A program made the translations under genes and the position numbers. From Styela clava (Eukaryota): a DNA stretch of 64,000 bases. The stretch lies in NCBI RefSeq assembly GCF_964204865.1, contig NC_135260.1, forward strand, positions 13,640,001-13,704,000. The letters run 5' to 3'. Of the stretch, positions 1 through 14,500 are shown piece after piece (position 1 is the first letter of the stretch; every line of letters starts with the position of its first letter). The notes under the pieces were generated by a model. The model ran no database searches, was not told the origin of the DNA, and saw only the letters and a list, made by a program, of their open reading frames with translations.

Positions 1-1603
1 ATTAAGACGTTTTTCACGGGGAGTCGCAACTTGATCATATTTATGGAGGGCGTCACAATACGAAGAAGTTCGAGAACCACTGGTGTAACTGAAGTATTCC
101 CAATGACGCCAGATGAGCACGTTCTGGTGTTTAGCAAAATGTATCTCACTTGTAGAGCAGACTATAATCAAAATCTTGTATTGAACGCTCTAGCGACTAT
201 TTTTTAACAAAGTATCTTAATCGGCTTAGTAGTTTAACAGATAAGCATATTAGTCTGCAATGCGTTAAATAAATCCCAATGACAGGAAAACTTTTGCTAA
301 TATGCATATTTGTCGTATTAGGAATGATCGGTACATGTTATTTATCGTCACATTGGGAAGTAGACTACGGTAACTGTACTGCAAAATAGTTGATAATACA
401 GTTGTGACTCCGATCATCACAGTATTTTAATTCCTATGTAAAAATTAATACAGCGAAATTTTAGATGAAATATCAGATCTCATAGAATTTATAGAAATTT
501 TAGGAATAAATAGCAAAAAATACAATCTTAGCCCACTGAAAAGCAATTGGTGCAGTAATCAATGAGAGAGGCGATTTCCTCATAACGATACAAAGAAGAA
601 AAATACCAACAACAACAGGATTACCAAAAATATTTAAACGATCCATAGGTCCACTACCAGTACGTGTCCCAGGTTAGCGTTCGGGTTGTGCGCCATCTTG
701 ATGCACACACGTTGGGAGCTCCAAATTACTTATAGCGGTTTCGTTACCCCCATGTCAGTGGATCTCGTTCTTAGCAAAAGTCGGAACTTGTTTGGTGGGA
801 TACGGTAGACTACGGTACCGGTAATTTAAAATATCAGATAATAAAGTTGTGACTCGGATCCTTTGTTTTCCACAGTTTCATCTTCGTTCAGGATATGACC
901 TTGGGAGAATTGTGGGTAGAAAAAACTCGTTTTGGTCTTGGGTGACCATATATTTAAGCATTGCTCTCTTCCATTTTACCTTATGCTTCAGAGCTACAAG
1001 TGGGTGAATGAAAATTGTTGAGGTGTGATCTAATTGAGAGGGATGAGTGAAGAGTAAATGAAAAGTTTGTAAATAGTTTGATGTCTCCAGGTTTAACTCA
1101 GTGATTTGTGCTTGATTTATTTAGTTGTCACATTTGGGTTCTCCCATTAGAATAAATATTATACTATTCAAGTTTCTGGCGTTGTTTGGTGAGTATTCGA
1201 AGTGTCGCTCGCTGCTCAATAATCAGTATTAGTTTTTCGCATCTCTCTTCACCCTGGAATGTTTCATTCTATTTTACACTGTACACTTACACTTACACTT
1301 TTTCAATTTTCATTCAACTGTGAATTACTGAATTGAAATGAACTGAATAAATCAAGTTGTTAATTGAGAAATTCTGACAGAATTGAGCCAAGTCTAGTAT
1401 TATCTCTGCCAACTTGCACTGTCTTCTTTCTGCAACACTAAACCGATTTAGGTAAAAAATATGTTAACTAGAAGGGATGCTGATCCCGTTTTGCATTTAT
1501 CCATGACAGAAACAACATCATGAACTTTTGCAGCAAAGTAACGTATTCAATTTTATTACAAAAACGAATTATTATTGTTAAAATTATTATTAACTGCAAT
1601 TAC

Positions 1604-4600
1604 CTGCAGTTTGGCTATTCTTTCTTGGACGTACATCTGTAAGTTATGCATATTTTTACGGGCGATCGTTTCAGATTCTTCAATTACATTTTTAAGTTCA
1701 TTCTTTGATTTTCTTGATAAAATAAAATTTTTTATAAAAATTGTTCTCAAATTTCGATTTTTAATCTACCTTAGAATACGAGTCATTTTCATTTTATCAA
1801 CACGGCCAAGCACTTATCCACTCAATTCTAGATAAATATTTTTATTCAATCTCAACAGGGCAAGCTGAAGTTTATAAAAGATAAACTAATTTAAATCAGG
1901 AGTCTTGTTTTCTGTTTCCCTGGTGTTGATTTAACAAACTAAAATTTTGTTCACTTCTTGAATGCCATTTAGGTGCTATGACTTGAGCAATTACACAATA
2001 ATAAATAACTCACATATATCCATTGTTCACAAATTCTTGGATGTCGCTTGGAAGACCTAATCTTTTAATTACCGATGATATATGCAACCAGTAATATTTC
2101 AAATCAGAAAGAAGGTTTGAAATCATGTAGAATTCCGTGGACTGAAAATAAAATGAGTTGAGTGAAACAATGTTTTCTAAGTCACAAGGATAATAACTGG
2201 GCGAAAGACTGAAAGTATTGTGTTAATTAAATCATAGACAAATTATGCAAAGACTCTAAGTCGGAGTTTGTAATTTTTTATTGCAGAGCTGGGAGTCGTG
2301 TTTGAAGCTCTGTGTATTTGAATTAGGTTCTCAAACCGACAGCCAGTGAGTCAAACAGCAAATATTTTGCAATTATGCAACTGTCATTATAAGGGGTTTT
2401 GAATATGTGATATTCCCTTACCGCGTTTTATTGAAAATAGGACCCGTCTTTTATTTTCATTTATCAAAAACAAATTTAAGAAGAAAAGAATTACGAGATT
2501 TTCAAATATAGGACAAAACATGAAAACCGATATCCATTTACTTATAAATAAAACGTTTTCCATTTTTGTTGTGAACATATTATTAACAGCTATGATAAAC
2601 TTATACCTTATAGTCAGGGTTACCATCCACCTTGAGCCAAAAATAAGCACTGGTATAAAGAGGTTATTTTAGGGGTACTTAACAACGGCGGGAACGCAGA
2701 ATGAAAATGAGAAAGGAATCATACACCTTCTCATACCCTTCTAGTCTCTTTCGCACTAATTTTTATCCACTCAAGTTTTTGTTATTGGAAGTCGCTCCGA
2801 ACAAGGTTGCATGCAGCCACGTAATCGCAGAAGGCACGAAATCATAGGGGCCGAGGCCTCACAGGGCATGGACCACGGGTCGAGAATACGCACCCAAACT
2901 CTAGAGCTAAAGAATCTGATAACCAAAGGAAAACGTTTCACTTTGTTTTGGTTGGGGGCATCAACGGATATTGAAAAGGACTGATCTCCGAGTTCTGACA
3001 GCATTTTTTTTCTGAGCATATGTAGCAAGAACTCCTGTGACAATGGCTGTAGACTTTGTTCTGGCACTTGTTAATTTACTACCTAACAATGTCAGAATCA
3101 TGAAAAATCGTTTTGATGTGTTGCGTGGTGAAATCGTTGATGATTTCTGGTGTTTTGCAGTATATATGCATCCCCAGAAGCAGGTAAGTCGTAGTCTATA
3201 TTAGTTGGAATATTCCGCTTGTAAAAAAAAGTCTTCATACTTTGGTTTCCCTCAATGCTTCTTGCAAAATCCTTGTGTTGTGTGGTAGTATTGTGGGCAC
3301 TAAATGCCGTTTTCCCCATGGCCTCTAGTTTGAAATTGCTGTCACAATAGCACCAGTGAGCATAGCTCTTACCCTTTCCACTTTGTTCGTAAAAAGCAAA
3401 TTTCTTTTTATATTCAAAACGGAACCCGTGCTTACGCTTACTCATTGTTTAAATTATGGATTGTCCCTAAAAAGCCACTAGCAGAAACTATTGTAACCGT
3501 GTCACAGTTTGTCTGGATATACCGCAAACCCTACCGTTAACAGAAACAGTCCGCGATGGAAGTGAGTGAGACTGCGCCATTAGGTCATGGTAGAACGTGG
3601 ATGAGTGATACTTCATAATAATAACACAGCAAAGCGTGGATGCGCATTGAGTATATATAATAAAAAACATGGTCCCTCGTTTCCACGGAAGCTTTGTACA
3701 CAAACAATCCATTTTTCTAAGACGAAATAAGCACGCAACTCAAAAATAAGCACTTTTCTTAGAAATAAGCACATCGTTACTTTATAAGACGCGGGCTAGA
3801 AAATAAGCACAAATCTTAAAAATAAGCACGATATGGCAACCCTGCTTATAGTGCAGTTTTTATTGAATGAATAATAGTGAGGCACATTCAGTAAAATATA
3901 ATCGAAGCAAACGTATTTTTTTAAACGTATTTATTTGTTGTGAACATATTATTAACAGCTATGATCAACTTATACCTTATAGTGCAGTTTTCATTGAATA
4001 AATAAAAGTGAGGCACATTCAGTAAAATATAATCGAAGCAAACGTATTTTTTATCCTGTGCAAATTTTCAAACCGATATTATATTTCGTTAATAATGTCG
4101 ATCAATGAAAGAAAAGAATAAGGAAACCTGATTGACAGTTTCATAAACAATAACCAATCTGCAGTAAGATTATTAAATTAGGAAACGAGGTGGGTATCAT
4201 ATGGAAATGCGGAGGAGTTGATATTATAATAAAGGAAAAGAGGCGGCGGAATCGAAACAACAAGGTCGAAAAAAATTCGCGCTATTGACTCTAGCAAGAG
4301 TGGCCAACTGATGCGGTTCTTGGACCGGTTTCGTGCGGCTCCTTTCGCCTTGATTATTTTTAAGGCAAAAACAAATTGCAAATTACGATTCATAATTTTA
4401 AATTAAACATACTGTATTATGATTCATCGAGCATTCTTCTTTCACGTCGAAGATCCACAAACGCCTTCGTTCACTTTACCATACAGTCGTCCATTATTAC
4501 GTGGCAATTAAATTTGTTGTGAAACGCGTTTATTGCACTACAACGGCTGTCGTAACCATAGTTCGGCCTTCAACGAGAAACGTGCAATTTACCATTTGGG

Positions 4601-7600
4601 CGGATTAAATAAAGAACAGATAAAACGTCACAGATTATGTCGTCGACCACTCATTTAATTTTGAGACGGATAGTTTGAAATTCCCTCCAGTCTCAGACGA
4701 AGCTGCAACTGGGTCGAGAATGATCATTCTTTGTGGGGAGGACCAACTGAAATGCACTTTAAATTAAAGGAAGGGACCATTGAGTTATGGAAAAGCATGC
4801 CAATGGAAATATACGCCATTGTCAAACGAGCTGTCCGTAGGGTATTGTCAATGTTTGGATCAACATACGTCTGCGAATCTGTGTTTTCAACCCTAAAAGA
4901 CGTGTTATCGAAGCATTGATCTGTTATGACTGACACCCATGAGATAGAACTGCTTCGATTGGCTACAACGACATACCATACCTGAACTCCCACTAAGTAG
5001 CATGCATAATGATAAATGGCTTGTAAATTTGTGCCATAATCATGTTGGTGAGTGATATTTACAATGAATCAGCATTCTGGAACAGCTGAATAAAGGTATA
5101 TATATCTGATGTTCATGTGTGTTTCTGTTTATAATGTGTCTCTGACTGGTTGGCAACCCCTGAACTATAGCATAGGTCTTAATTTCAGGGTAGGTCTTAT
5201 TTTTGGGGAAACACGGTATGTGCTGAATATTACGCGCATGGCATTAAAGGCTATCCATTGTAGCATACTTGTGACCGCGGAGAACTTACGCTCTAGTTCA
5301 GTGGTTCCCAAACTTTTTAGAGTTGGGACCCACTATTTATTACCACAGCTTATGGCGACCCACTTGACTTTAATTCAATTTTTTTTTGTTTTTTATGACA
5401 TAACACACAGCACAGCAATGGCTAATCATCGCAAAGCTACCGTGTTTCCTAAATAAGACCTGGCCTGAAAATAAGATAATAATTTGAATTTTCAAAATTA
5501 TTTTAATTAAACCCTACCCTTAAAATAAATTTAAAATGTGTGGGAGAGGAAAGCTTCATTGGCCTGAGGTGAGGTGAGGATCACGCTACTATTCAAGTTT
5601 GTGTGATATCACCATTATGATATTTGTCACTTGATTTTTGTATAAGAAATACAAACAAAAACAATGGATGTCGGTTTTTATATCATGTTTAGTAAAAAAA
5701 CTTGAGATTTTCTACAATGTAATTTTATTTTTGATAAATGAACACAAAACACCTCTTCCAAAAAAAAACCGTAGTGGTATTCTTCAAAAGAAATAAATCT
5801 AAATCCTGACTAAATTTCGGGGAAACATGGTAAGAAGTGCTGTACAGTGTACAAAACTGCTATGCGTAAAAAAGCCACATGGTCATTCTTTGTGTAGCAA
5901 ATTTTTGTTCCTTTAAGAAGATCGTAAAAAGGAAACTTTCACAGATTAGAATTTAAATTCAATTTAAATTTTTATTTTTTTTTTTTCAAAGATTTACGTA
6001 TTCGAGTCGCCACCGATCCTAATAACCAGTATAATTATCCAAAGCTTTCTACATCTTTTCACGACCCACTAAGATTCCTTCTGCGACCCACCAGTGGGTC
6101 GCGACCCATAGTTTGGGAACCGCTGCTCTAGTTGGTTGGCTGGGCAGTTATTGACGCTAATCGTTGTAAATTTCACTTATTCTGAGAAAATTTCACCGAA
6201 ACTTGCTATTTCGTTGAAACTTTTGACTTTTCCATCTATCACATTCATCTACTTCACGATTTTTACAACAATTGCAGCTGGAAATCTATTCGCAAAATGC
6301 GTCCGTGAGATTGTGTGTAAACTTAGGATTGAATAGTCGAGTACAAGTTCCAAGTAGTTGACATGTTTATAGGCGGGTTGTTTATAAGTGTTAGCAAGTT
6401 GTATTGCTAATAGAACCGCTACTGTGTTTTTAGAATTCAACATCAAGTCGATAGAAAAGTGTAAAATTACTAATTTTTCAACAATCATTCGTATTTTCAG
6501 TACAATTGGAAAAAAAAATGTAACAAAGTTAAATTCTGGCTCGTTCTTCTCCACAAACAAACATGTAGGCTATACATACTGTATATCGACGTAAAATAAA
6601 AATACTCACATTTCCATTAAAGTAGTCGTCGCTCTTTGCTTCTATTTTATCGTCAAAAAAGTTTCCAATTTCTTCATATCGAATGTCCAAAACGCTAATA
6701 AAAATGTAGACTAATAAAAGTTTCATTTGAAATTTACTTTGTAGTTGAAAAGCGTGTATGTTTTGGGATTTTTCTGAACTCGCATGATCTGAATAAACAA
6801 CATCAATTTCAAGTGCTTCATTAAATGTTGTTCAGCAAGTGTTTGAATGCCGTTGAATTGGATCAAGTGGCTGATTGTATTATCGTATTATATTATCATA
6901 TAAAGAAAAGACAAATACCGTTTGATGAAAAATCTTACTTGAAACCGTCCTGAAGTGCCGATGCTTCTTTTTTCCCTCCTTCTGTTGCGTTTTTTAATAT
7001 CATAGAAGAAATTGAATTCCAGTACTCTTTGAAATTTGTTCGCATGATTTGTACAGTGTTCTTTTTTAAAATTTTGACTCTTGATTTGAATTTTCAAGAT
7101 TAAAAAATGGATTTTCTTAATATGCAACGCGTGATTGAACGGCCCGAAATGAAACTAGTCATTATGATCATAGCATTGAAAAGGTTTTGAAATTACCTCC
7201 TAATAAATAAATAGCTGTTTCTAAGGTTAAATTAAAGGCTTTTTAAAACTATGTACCGATATTAAGCCAGTTCAAACACATTGAAAATTATAATATATAT
7301 ATATAAAAGCTTCACAGATAATGTACGATGATCGACAATTGGCCTATTTATCACCAGTCCCCACCAATAATTTCTATCCTCAATATTCTGTTCAAAGTAC
7401 AATTATTCATGATACATCTTAATACATCTCACATAATGATGTTATTTGATTTAAAATCTTTTTCTTAATGTGATGTGATGAATATGGTGAAAATGAAATC
7501 GTACAGGACATATATAAATGAAAAACGTACCTTTCGTCATTTGACCGCTCAGTCTCCAGCGTTAGAGATTTCAAGGAAGGAACAATATCCAGCAGCTTGT

Positions 7601-8368
7601 CCATGTAGTTGACTCTTAGAAGGAAATATTTCGGAAATATTTATATCTGTGGAAGTTGCAAAACTTGTACTTTTCACAGTGTCATTATGTTTTATTTTCT
7701 CGCGGCAAAGATTAAGCATTTGACATTTCACTTCATCAAGCTAATGATCCAGACAAATAGTCCTCACATACAAGGTCGTAGAAAGGATGGACTATAAAGT
7801 ATTGCGAATGTCATCAGGTATTGGTCTAGGCCAGGGGAGCACAGCCTGCAGCGTACAAGATTAAATCTGCGCTCATGCTGAAAAAATAACGCAGACAAAT
7901 CAGAGGTTATAACATAATTAACAGAGTAAAAATGTCTGACAAGTGATTTACGACTTTTTTGCGTCGTAATAGATTTCAACGCGGAGGACTATCGAACCCA
8001 AGCCTCCTGGGCTCGCCCCCGGCTGTAGATTAAAATTATTCGCCTCTCAACTTTATATTTGGTATTCATGCGGTCGGCTATAGGAAAAAGGTTGTACTCA
8101 TCTGGTCTACCCTTATTGGTGGGCATGAGAAATATATTAATGAGCTTATTACTAAAATGCTTTCCCGGAATTTAGAGAGTCCCAATCCAATATATGAATA
8201 TTATGGGTTTAGCTAGAACGACTTCCTGTCGCTGTGAGTAAAATCAGTGAAATTTGTCTCACGAATTTACCTGTTTCCCGAGAATGTTGTAACATATACT
8301 GTTATCAATATCGTAGAAAAAAGAACAAGGAAAATGGCTTTTCTCTTGGAGGTGAATGTGGAGACCAT
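1604..8368 (-). CDS. FUT8: FUT8-like copy I, exons 1-6 (catalytic exons would lie beyond the window start)
   Basis: Exons 8368-8271 (MVSTFTSKRKAIFLVLFSTILITVYV), 7614-7531, 7079-6939, 6694-6610, 2141-2014, 1712-1604 (..YVQERIAKLQ|gtaatt). All are open and in phase, and homologous to copy III exons and introns. Confidence 0.85.
2615..3844 (-). mobile_element. hAT DNA transposon derivative with transposase remnant
   Basis: TIRs CAGGGTTACCAT..ATGGCAACCCTG; perfect 8-bp TSD CTTATAGT (2607-2614 and 3845-3852); subterminal AAAATAAGCAC repeats. ORFs 3098-3445 (BED-like C/H pattern) and 2771-3067 (FSISVD..K.FPLVIRFF). Confidence 0.9.
4700..4990 (+). mobile_element. hAT (Charlie/SPIN-like) transposase C-terminal dimerisation fragment
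   Basis: LWKSMP..RVLSMFGSTYVCESVFSTLK..SKH* motif. Confidence 0.75.
5299..6125. mobile_element. hAT MITE (Charlie-like) containing a nested Tc1/mariner-type MITE at 5440-5830
   Basis: TIR CAGTGGTTCCCAAACT..AGTTTGGGAACCGCTG; TSD CTCTAGTT (5291-5298 and 6126-6133); empty site in copy III at about 54197. Inner element TA|CCGTGTTTCC..GGAAACATGG|TA. Confidence 0.88.
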
Positions 8369-9204
8369 TTCACTCAATTGATAATAAGTAGATCATATAA
8401 TTGTCTTAAAATACTGTCAAAGATATCAGAACGAATTTGACGTTATTCAATCCGTCAATAATAAAACTGTAGTGCGCAATATAGATCCATGAATTTAAAG
8501 TTCTGCAATGTAAAAATATTATTTGATTATAGTACAATAGTTTTAATTCTTGTCAATTTGCTATTCTCGTGTTTTGACAAATTTTAGTTTTATTCAGCTC
8601 TCTATTTCATATTTTATTTAACAATGTCAACAATTACACGCTTTACGCGTAACCTTGTGCTTCCTAAACCACCCAGATTTTAAAGTCTTGCATAGGTATA
8701 TGAGTTAATATGAAAATGGATAATGTATCAAATTGTATCGATTCTGTTCGTTACTGTAATTCTTGCATACACCTAACCTCAACATTTCCTTTGAAGTTTT
8801 CCCTTTGAAGAAACAAATTAGGATCATTTTTTGGCACACGATTTTCAACAAAAAATTAGGTAATGCCTACAAAGTGAATTAGTAAAACAATATTCGCAGA
8901 TATGGTATATCTATCAAATACTCTGAACACTTCATTTAAACCATAAAATAAAAAACAACATAGCCTAAGCTACTATGTTTTCGATATCCAAGGTCATTTG
9001 GTAATTTTGAACAAAATATGTCTGCTTTGAAAATTCAATCAACGATCAAATTAAACGAACATTTCTCATATTTTAAACACTCAATATTCATTTAAGTCAA
9101 GTGTCACCAAACGATCAGGCAACGTTTTCTGCGAAGAATGTATTCGTACACTCGTGGCGCGTGCTTTCGGCGAAACTTTTGTGATTGTTCACGGTTCTCG
9201 GTCA

Positions 9205-10745
9205 TAGGGATGGCGGAATCGACTCCGGATTCGATTCCAGAATCGATTCTCCGTGGAATCGAGTAGAATCGATTCCGATGCATTGAAATCGATTCTTCGG
9301 GTTAAAACTTGGATTGCAAACAAGGTATAAAGTTTTGTGACAAGTTCTTCACATATATGAATAAACTGGTATGTGGAATTGCTACAACGCTGAAAACTTA
9401 ACTATATTTTTCTACAATTTCTTCCTCGTTCGTTTGCGCGGGTGAGGGCACATGCCACATTTTGACCATTTCAAGTACATTTTCTCTTACTTATTGCGTT
9501 CATTACTCCTATTTACTTGAAGCAAGGGACATCACGAAAAATAAAAAAAACTTGTTGCAGTTTGAAGTGGTAAATTTTACACCTCAGAGATGGAAAAGTC
9601 CGCAGTCCAACAGACCAGAATAGCAAAAAACCTCTTTCATAGAAATAAGGAAGTATATATGTAATGAAAATCTGATCATGGGTATCATGATGGTATGGGT
9701 AGCTCTGAAGTGACGAGCGGTGATATTGATGAATTAACCAGGTAGTTGAAGGCTTTTCTGAGATATCAAAATACTTGAATGACAGAACTCTTGTTAAATC
9801 TGCGACCCACGAAGAATGTTGCGATGGTGGCATCAAAACAAAAAAGACGTTTCCAAACATCGCAGTTGTGGTCCAAATTTACCTCGATGTCCCAGCAGCA
9901 TCCGCTGCATAAGAAAGATAATTTAGCTCAAAAGAGCTTCCCGTATTCAATTCCCATTGAGCTTACAGGAAGACATGTGAATGAATTGAACTTTTTTGCC
10001 ATGATAGTAATTTTTTGAACACGAAATGAACATTTAGGTCGTTGTGGTATTATATTTTTGTTAGAATTCATTTTATTGTTCTTGTTATGAAAATATATCT
10101 TTTATCATTACCTACTGGTGTAACTGCTAGGAAATTTTGTGGTTGAAAATTGTAATTTTCCGCTAGAAGGCTATTATGTTTATTTATTTCAAGATTTTTT
10201 GTGGGCTCTAAGGCATTCGTTTTTTTTGTGCGAGTTTGTCTACTGTGACAGATTGAAAACCCATACCACTTAGTTTAGGCTTTCGTTTCCATATATTTGA
10301 ACCTTGCTCACTTGTTACTTATCGATTTTAATCGGTAAGTATGTTGATAGGTATTTGTCTGTCTGTCTGTTAGATGCACGCGATATCTCACGAAAGCAAG
10401 ATTGAATCTGCTTCAGATTTTGCATGTGCATTCATCATATGTCGTACCAGAAGCCCATCAATTTTGGATGAATTATGTCGTATATTTAGCGAGTTATTAA
10501 TTAATTAGTGATGGGACACAAGGTGTCACTATGGAGTAAGAGTGCTGTTTTGGGATCCCTAACTTCCGATCGATAAGTCTTCGGTCTCTGACCGATATTC
10601 TTGTTTGATTTGTTAGTATTGTTTAAATGGGTAGGTTTTCTAAGCTATGTCGAGGAATCGAGATTCGAAATCGAGAATCGGAATCGAAAATTTAGGAATC
10701 GGATAAGAATCGAATACTTTTAAGTACTCATACTTGGCATCCTTA
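9205..10745 (+). mobile_element. hAT (Ac-like) non-autonomous element with GAATCG subterminal repeats
   Basis: TAGGGATG..CATCCTTA termini; arrays of GAATCG at both ends; decayed VPAASAA*ER*FS hAT motif at about 9888-9927. A HINE-like insert with a GTCT microsatellite lies at about 10310-10603. Confidence 0.75.
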
Positions 10746-11415
10746 TTCTCGGATACGTTTCAGGATAGTTTTCTAGCGATCTTGTATATTTGTTTTGCTG
10801 TGATGTTCTTGATCTATATTTGAGATAAAAAATTTAATATTCAAGATTTCAAAAATGTCGAATTTCTACTGTTAAATAAATTGAATGGATTTCCCAACCT
10901 TCGTGAATTTATTGTATTGCATTGACACAAATATTTGTCCGGTCCGTTTTCAACACAGTTTGAGTCATACCTGGCCCTCGGTCAAAAAAGTTTGGTGACC
11001 CCTGATTTACGTTATTACTATCAAGCGTGATTGAGGAATATGAACAAGAAATGAAGACCGGACACGTTACCCTGCCAGGACGTTTCAAAATATTTAAATT
11101 CTGGACGTTGTCTTATAAGTATCTAAGTATCACAAAACGGGGTTGAGATCAAATGCATATTTTCGGAACAATCTCATTCAACGTAGCATTATTTTATTTG
11201 GTTTCATCTTGGTAACACTAGCCAATGCATAAACATACGATAATCTATCATTTCAACATTGAATACTAACATCAGCTCTAGTATGAGTATAAATACTATA
11301 ATCATGAAAAATAAATTGAATAAGATGAATCTATAAAAGTTATCGTATATATAAAAAGTTTTTTCCTAAATTCAGAACACAAGACGCAAAAAACAATTAA
11401 AAATTAAACGGACGG

Positions 11416-11563
11416 CAAGTATAGCTAGAAATGGCAATAACATTGATGTATGGATTTGCCTAACAAACACAATGTGCTATACTGAGAAAATACACAGTAC
11501 TGAGCACAATGTGCTCATTGAGGCAAGTTCATATATCAAAGTTATTGCTATTTCTAGCTATAC
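11416..11563. repeat. Palindromic MITE-like inverted repeat upstream of FUT8 copies (also about 57985-58140; half copy about 25220-25285)
   Basis: AGTATAGCTAGAAATGGCAATAAC..GTTATTGCTATTTCTAGCTATACT arms. Confidence 0.65.
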
Positions 11564-14500
11564 TGGGAAAGGACACAGTAGTTCTATTTCAACAGCTCTC
11601 CGTTTTTGCTGAGATGGCGTCGAGTAGTATGGAGCGATCCCCCCAGTAAAAAAAAGAGATCAAAAAAACATTTCAACTAACATGTACTTCTGGCCTGTAC
11701 TTTCGAGTGTATTTTCTGACATATAAGATATCTGTACCTTTCTAATGAATATATTCTATTCAACGACAAACTGACATATGAGGTTGCGTGTTTAAACAAC
11801 ATAATCATGTGAAAACAAAATTTATACTCAACACTCCTTAAACAAACTGAAGCTAACAATTCAGAGCCGTACCTCAAATTATTAATCATATTTCAATAAT
11901 AAACGGTCTTGTTATTCACTCAGATTATACGTGCCGATATTCATTTAACTTTACACAATGAAGATTAAATTCAATACAGAGATCAGCAAATCCATACTGC
12001 GCTGCGATTAAAAATAACAAACTTATTGGACACGGAGTAGACAGATCGTTTTGTTATTATGTTGTTATTGTTATAGGATTTTCTTTTTGTGCTGCTATGA
12101 ACAAAGAGCAATGACATGGGCCTAGAAAAAAATAAGAAAAACATTTGGGATGTTTAGAAAATATGTAAATCCATAATTTGTAGGGAAATTTCATATATTC
12201 ATATATAAATTACTATATATATCTCACATACCATGTTTTGTTATTTCATGTTTGATATATTTGCCACGCTTCATTGCAACATAAACATATCCAAGATGTA
12301 TCATTTGTAAGAATCGTCTTGTATTGAGAGTATGGATTGTTGCATCTTATTGTATGAAATGCCACTTTTTAATGCGATATATGAGTATACAAATTTTGTA
12401 TTTGGACACGAATTGAAAAGAGATGAACTGGCAATACTCCTCGCAACCGCCGCGAGCCACTTTTAGTCAGAGTGTGATGTTGGAAAGATAAAACTATAAT
12501 AACTTGGCACTGCATTGAGACCGCTGGATATGCGGGCGCTTTTGCGGGGACTAGACGACAAGTTTTTCAGTTCCTCACGTTTATAATTTATTTTTTTGCA
12601 ATATTTTTAATGAAGGCCATTTCCAGATCATGTCCGAAAATACTGCACGTGTTGCAACCCCGTGTTAGTTAGCATCATTACAAAATTAGAATGGCCACTG
12701 TGTGGCTTGTTTAAATGGTACATTCATTCTTAAATCAGTCAGAGATATAACCTGCAACTCAAATGATTAATTAAAATAACAAATCACGTTCTTTCTAATC
12801 TTATATATACGAATATATTATTTATGACTTAATAATCAAATATCGTCCCTAGTTTTCGGCATCCATATTCTCCTCGGCAAGTAAAACTTCTGGTGCGATC
12901 GGAAAAGCTCACGTTCTGTTTTATATACAAGATAGACTGTTTTTCACATCAGCATGCCAAGAAAAATTACGTTTATATGGTCTTATTAAAACATTCAACA
13001 TAAACAGTTATGACCTCAGAAAGGAAAGATCTACTTACACTCATACCATACCACTATTATATTGTAGGTTTAATGTATTTTATCATTCAACTATGCATTG
13101 GTTTTCCCAATTATGTCCACTTCCTTGTTTTAACTATCAGTCAAAAGTGCATGTACAAATTACTATTCAAACTATATGGCTTAAGGTTAAACCATCGGGA
13201 AACAATGACGTGGTCCGGTTGTCAGGCTGTCATTGAGAGGTAAAATGAACAAACAAAGTTGTCGAGGAAATTGACAAGATATACTAAACATTACGGATAT
13301 TTGCTTTGATCATTTCTGATCACTACGCTTGAATATAACATACTGCTTACGCTTTACAGTGATATTATTGGATAATCAAGTGCGTCACAAAATGAACTTT
13401 TCCAAGAGCCAATATACTAACATTATTATTCGCCATATCAAGTGATTGGAAAAGTTATCCAATTGAAGATTCATTGTCACATTTTGTATAGGAGAAAACT
13501 TGGAATAAGCGATATTTTATGAACAAATCTAATCGGGTATAGATCAGTAGTTTTCAAATTTTTATGGCTCGTAAGTCGTAGCCCCCCTTCGGAGGCTTTT
13601 AGAACTCGTGGTTCCACTGTTCACCATTTTAAAATTACGAGAAAGGCGTACATTGCGAACATTCTAGGCTTACTTTGGTAAAGATAAATCCAACGTTGTT
13701 GTCGTCTGATTTCTGTTTTTTTTTTTGGAATATTAGAAATTTAAATATAATTTTTTGCGTTGTCAATACGTTTACGATAGTCATCTCGCAGCCTGTCTAC
13801 TGTTACCGGCAGATATGATGGTCTGCCAACCAACTACAAAAGCTGGAATTCGCGGAGCACAGAGATATTTATAGTGTTATTTTTATTGGTAGATTGCACA
13901 TCCCTTTATGATCAGCCAATTCATGCAAACGAATCTGAACACACTCTGTAGAAAAACCATACCGGGTGGTGAAATTATGAAAAACGAGAAATTTTTTCTA
14001 ACCAAAAGTATGCAAACAAAATGCATTAGAATCAATTCAGCGCCTTGTATTGTGGCTCCACTCAAACTGGTATGTGGTCCCCTATGAGAGCACGGACCGT
14101 CGGTAGATAACCGCTGGATTCAACGTATGTAATATCAATTTTTTATTAAACCGCATCACACCAAAAGTAATATAGGCTACACTCTTATCATCGTCACGGC
14201 CATATTGCTGTGTTATTCACGTACCCGCTTTTTGGCTTCTCCCATCCTCCAAAGCTATGAACCTAGTGGCTAATCCAGTAAATAAACTATCCCCAAACAC
14301 AAAGCAGACTGGAATTCAGAAGTCAGAAGTTTTATTTCGTCGTGCATGAAATATTGTACGCAATTAAACAATTATAATGATATTACAAAAATCAATTGAA
14401 GACTGAAGTTTACATGCATACAATATATCGCAATTGACGCGGAGCCGCGAAAGACTGCGAAAGTCATCGTGTCAACGACACCGTGTTGATTTATTGATGA

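Noticed and set aside
12840-12960. Possible further FUT8 terminal-exon relic (VYLVYKTERE / AFPIAPE)
   Set aside because: Similarity too weak, split across frames, and no nucleotide match to the other exon-11 copies.
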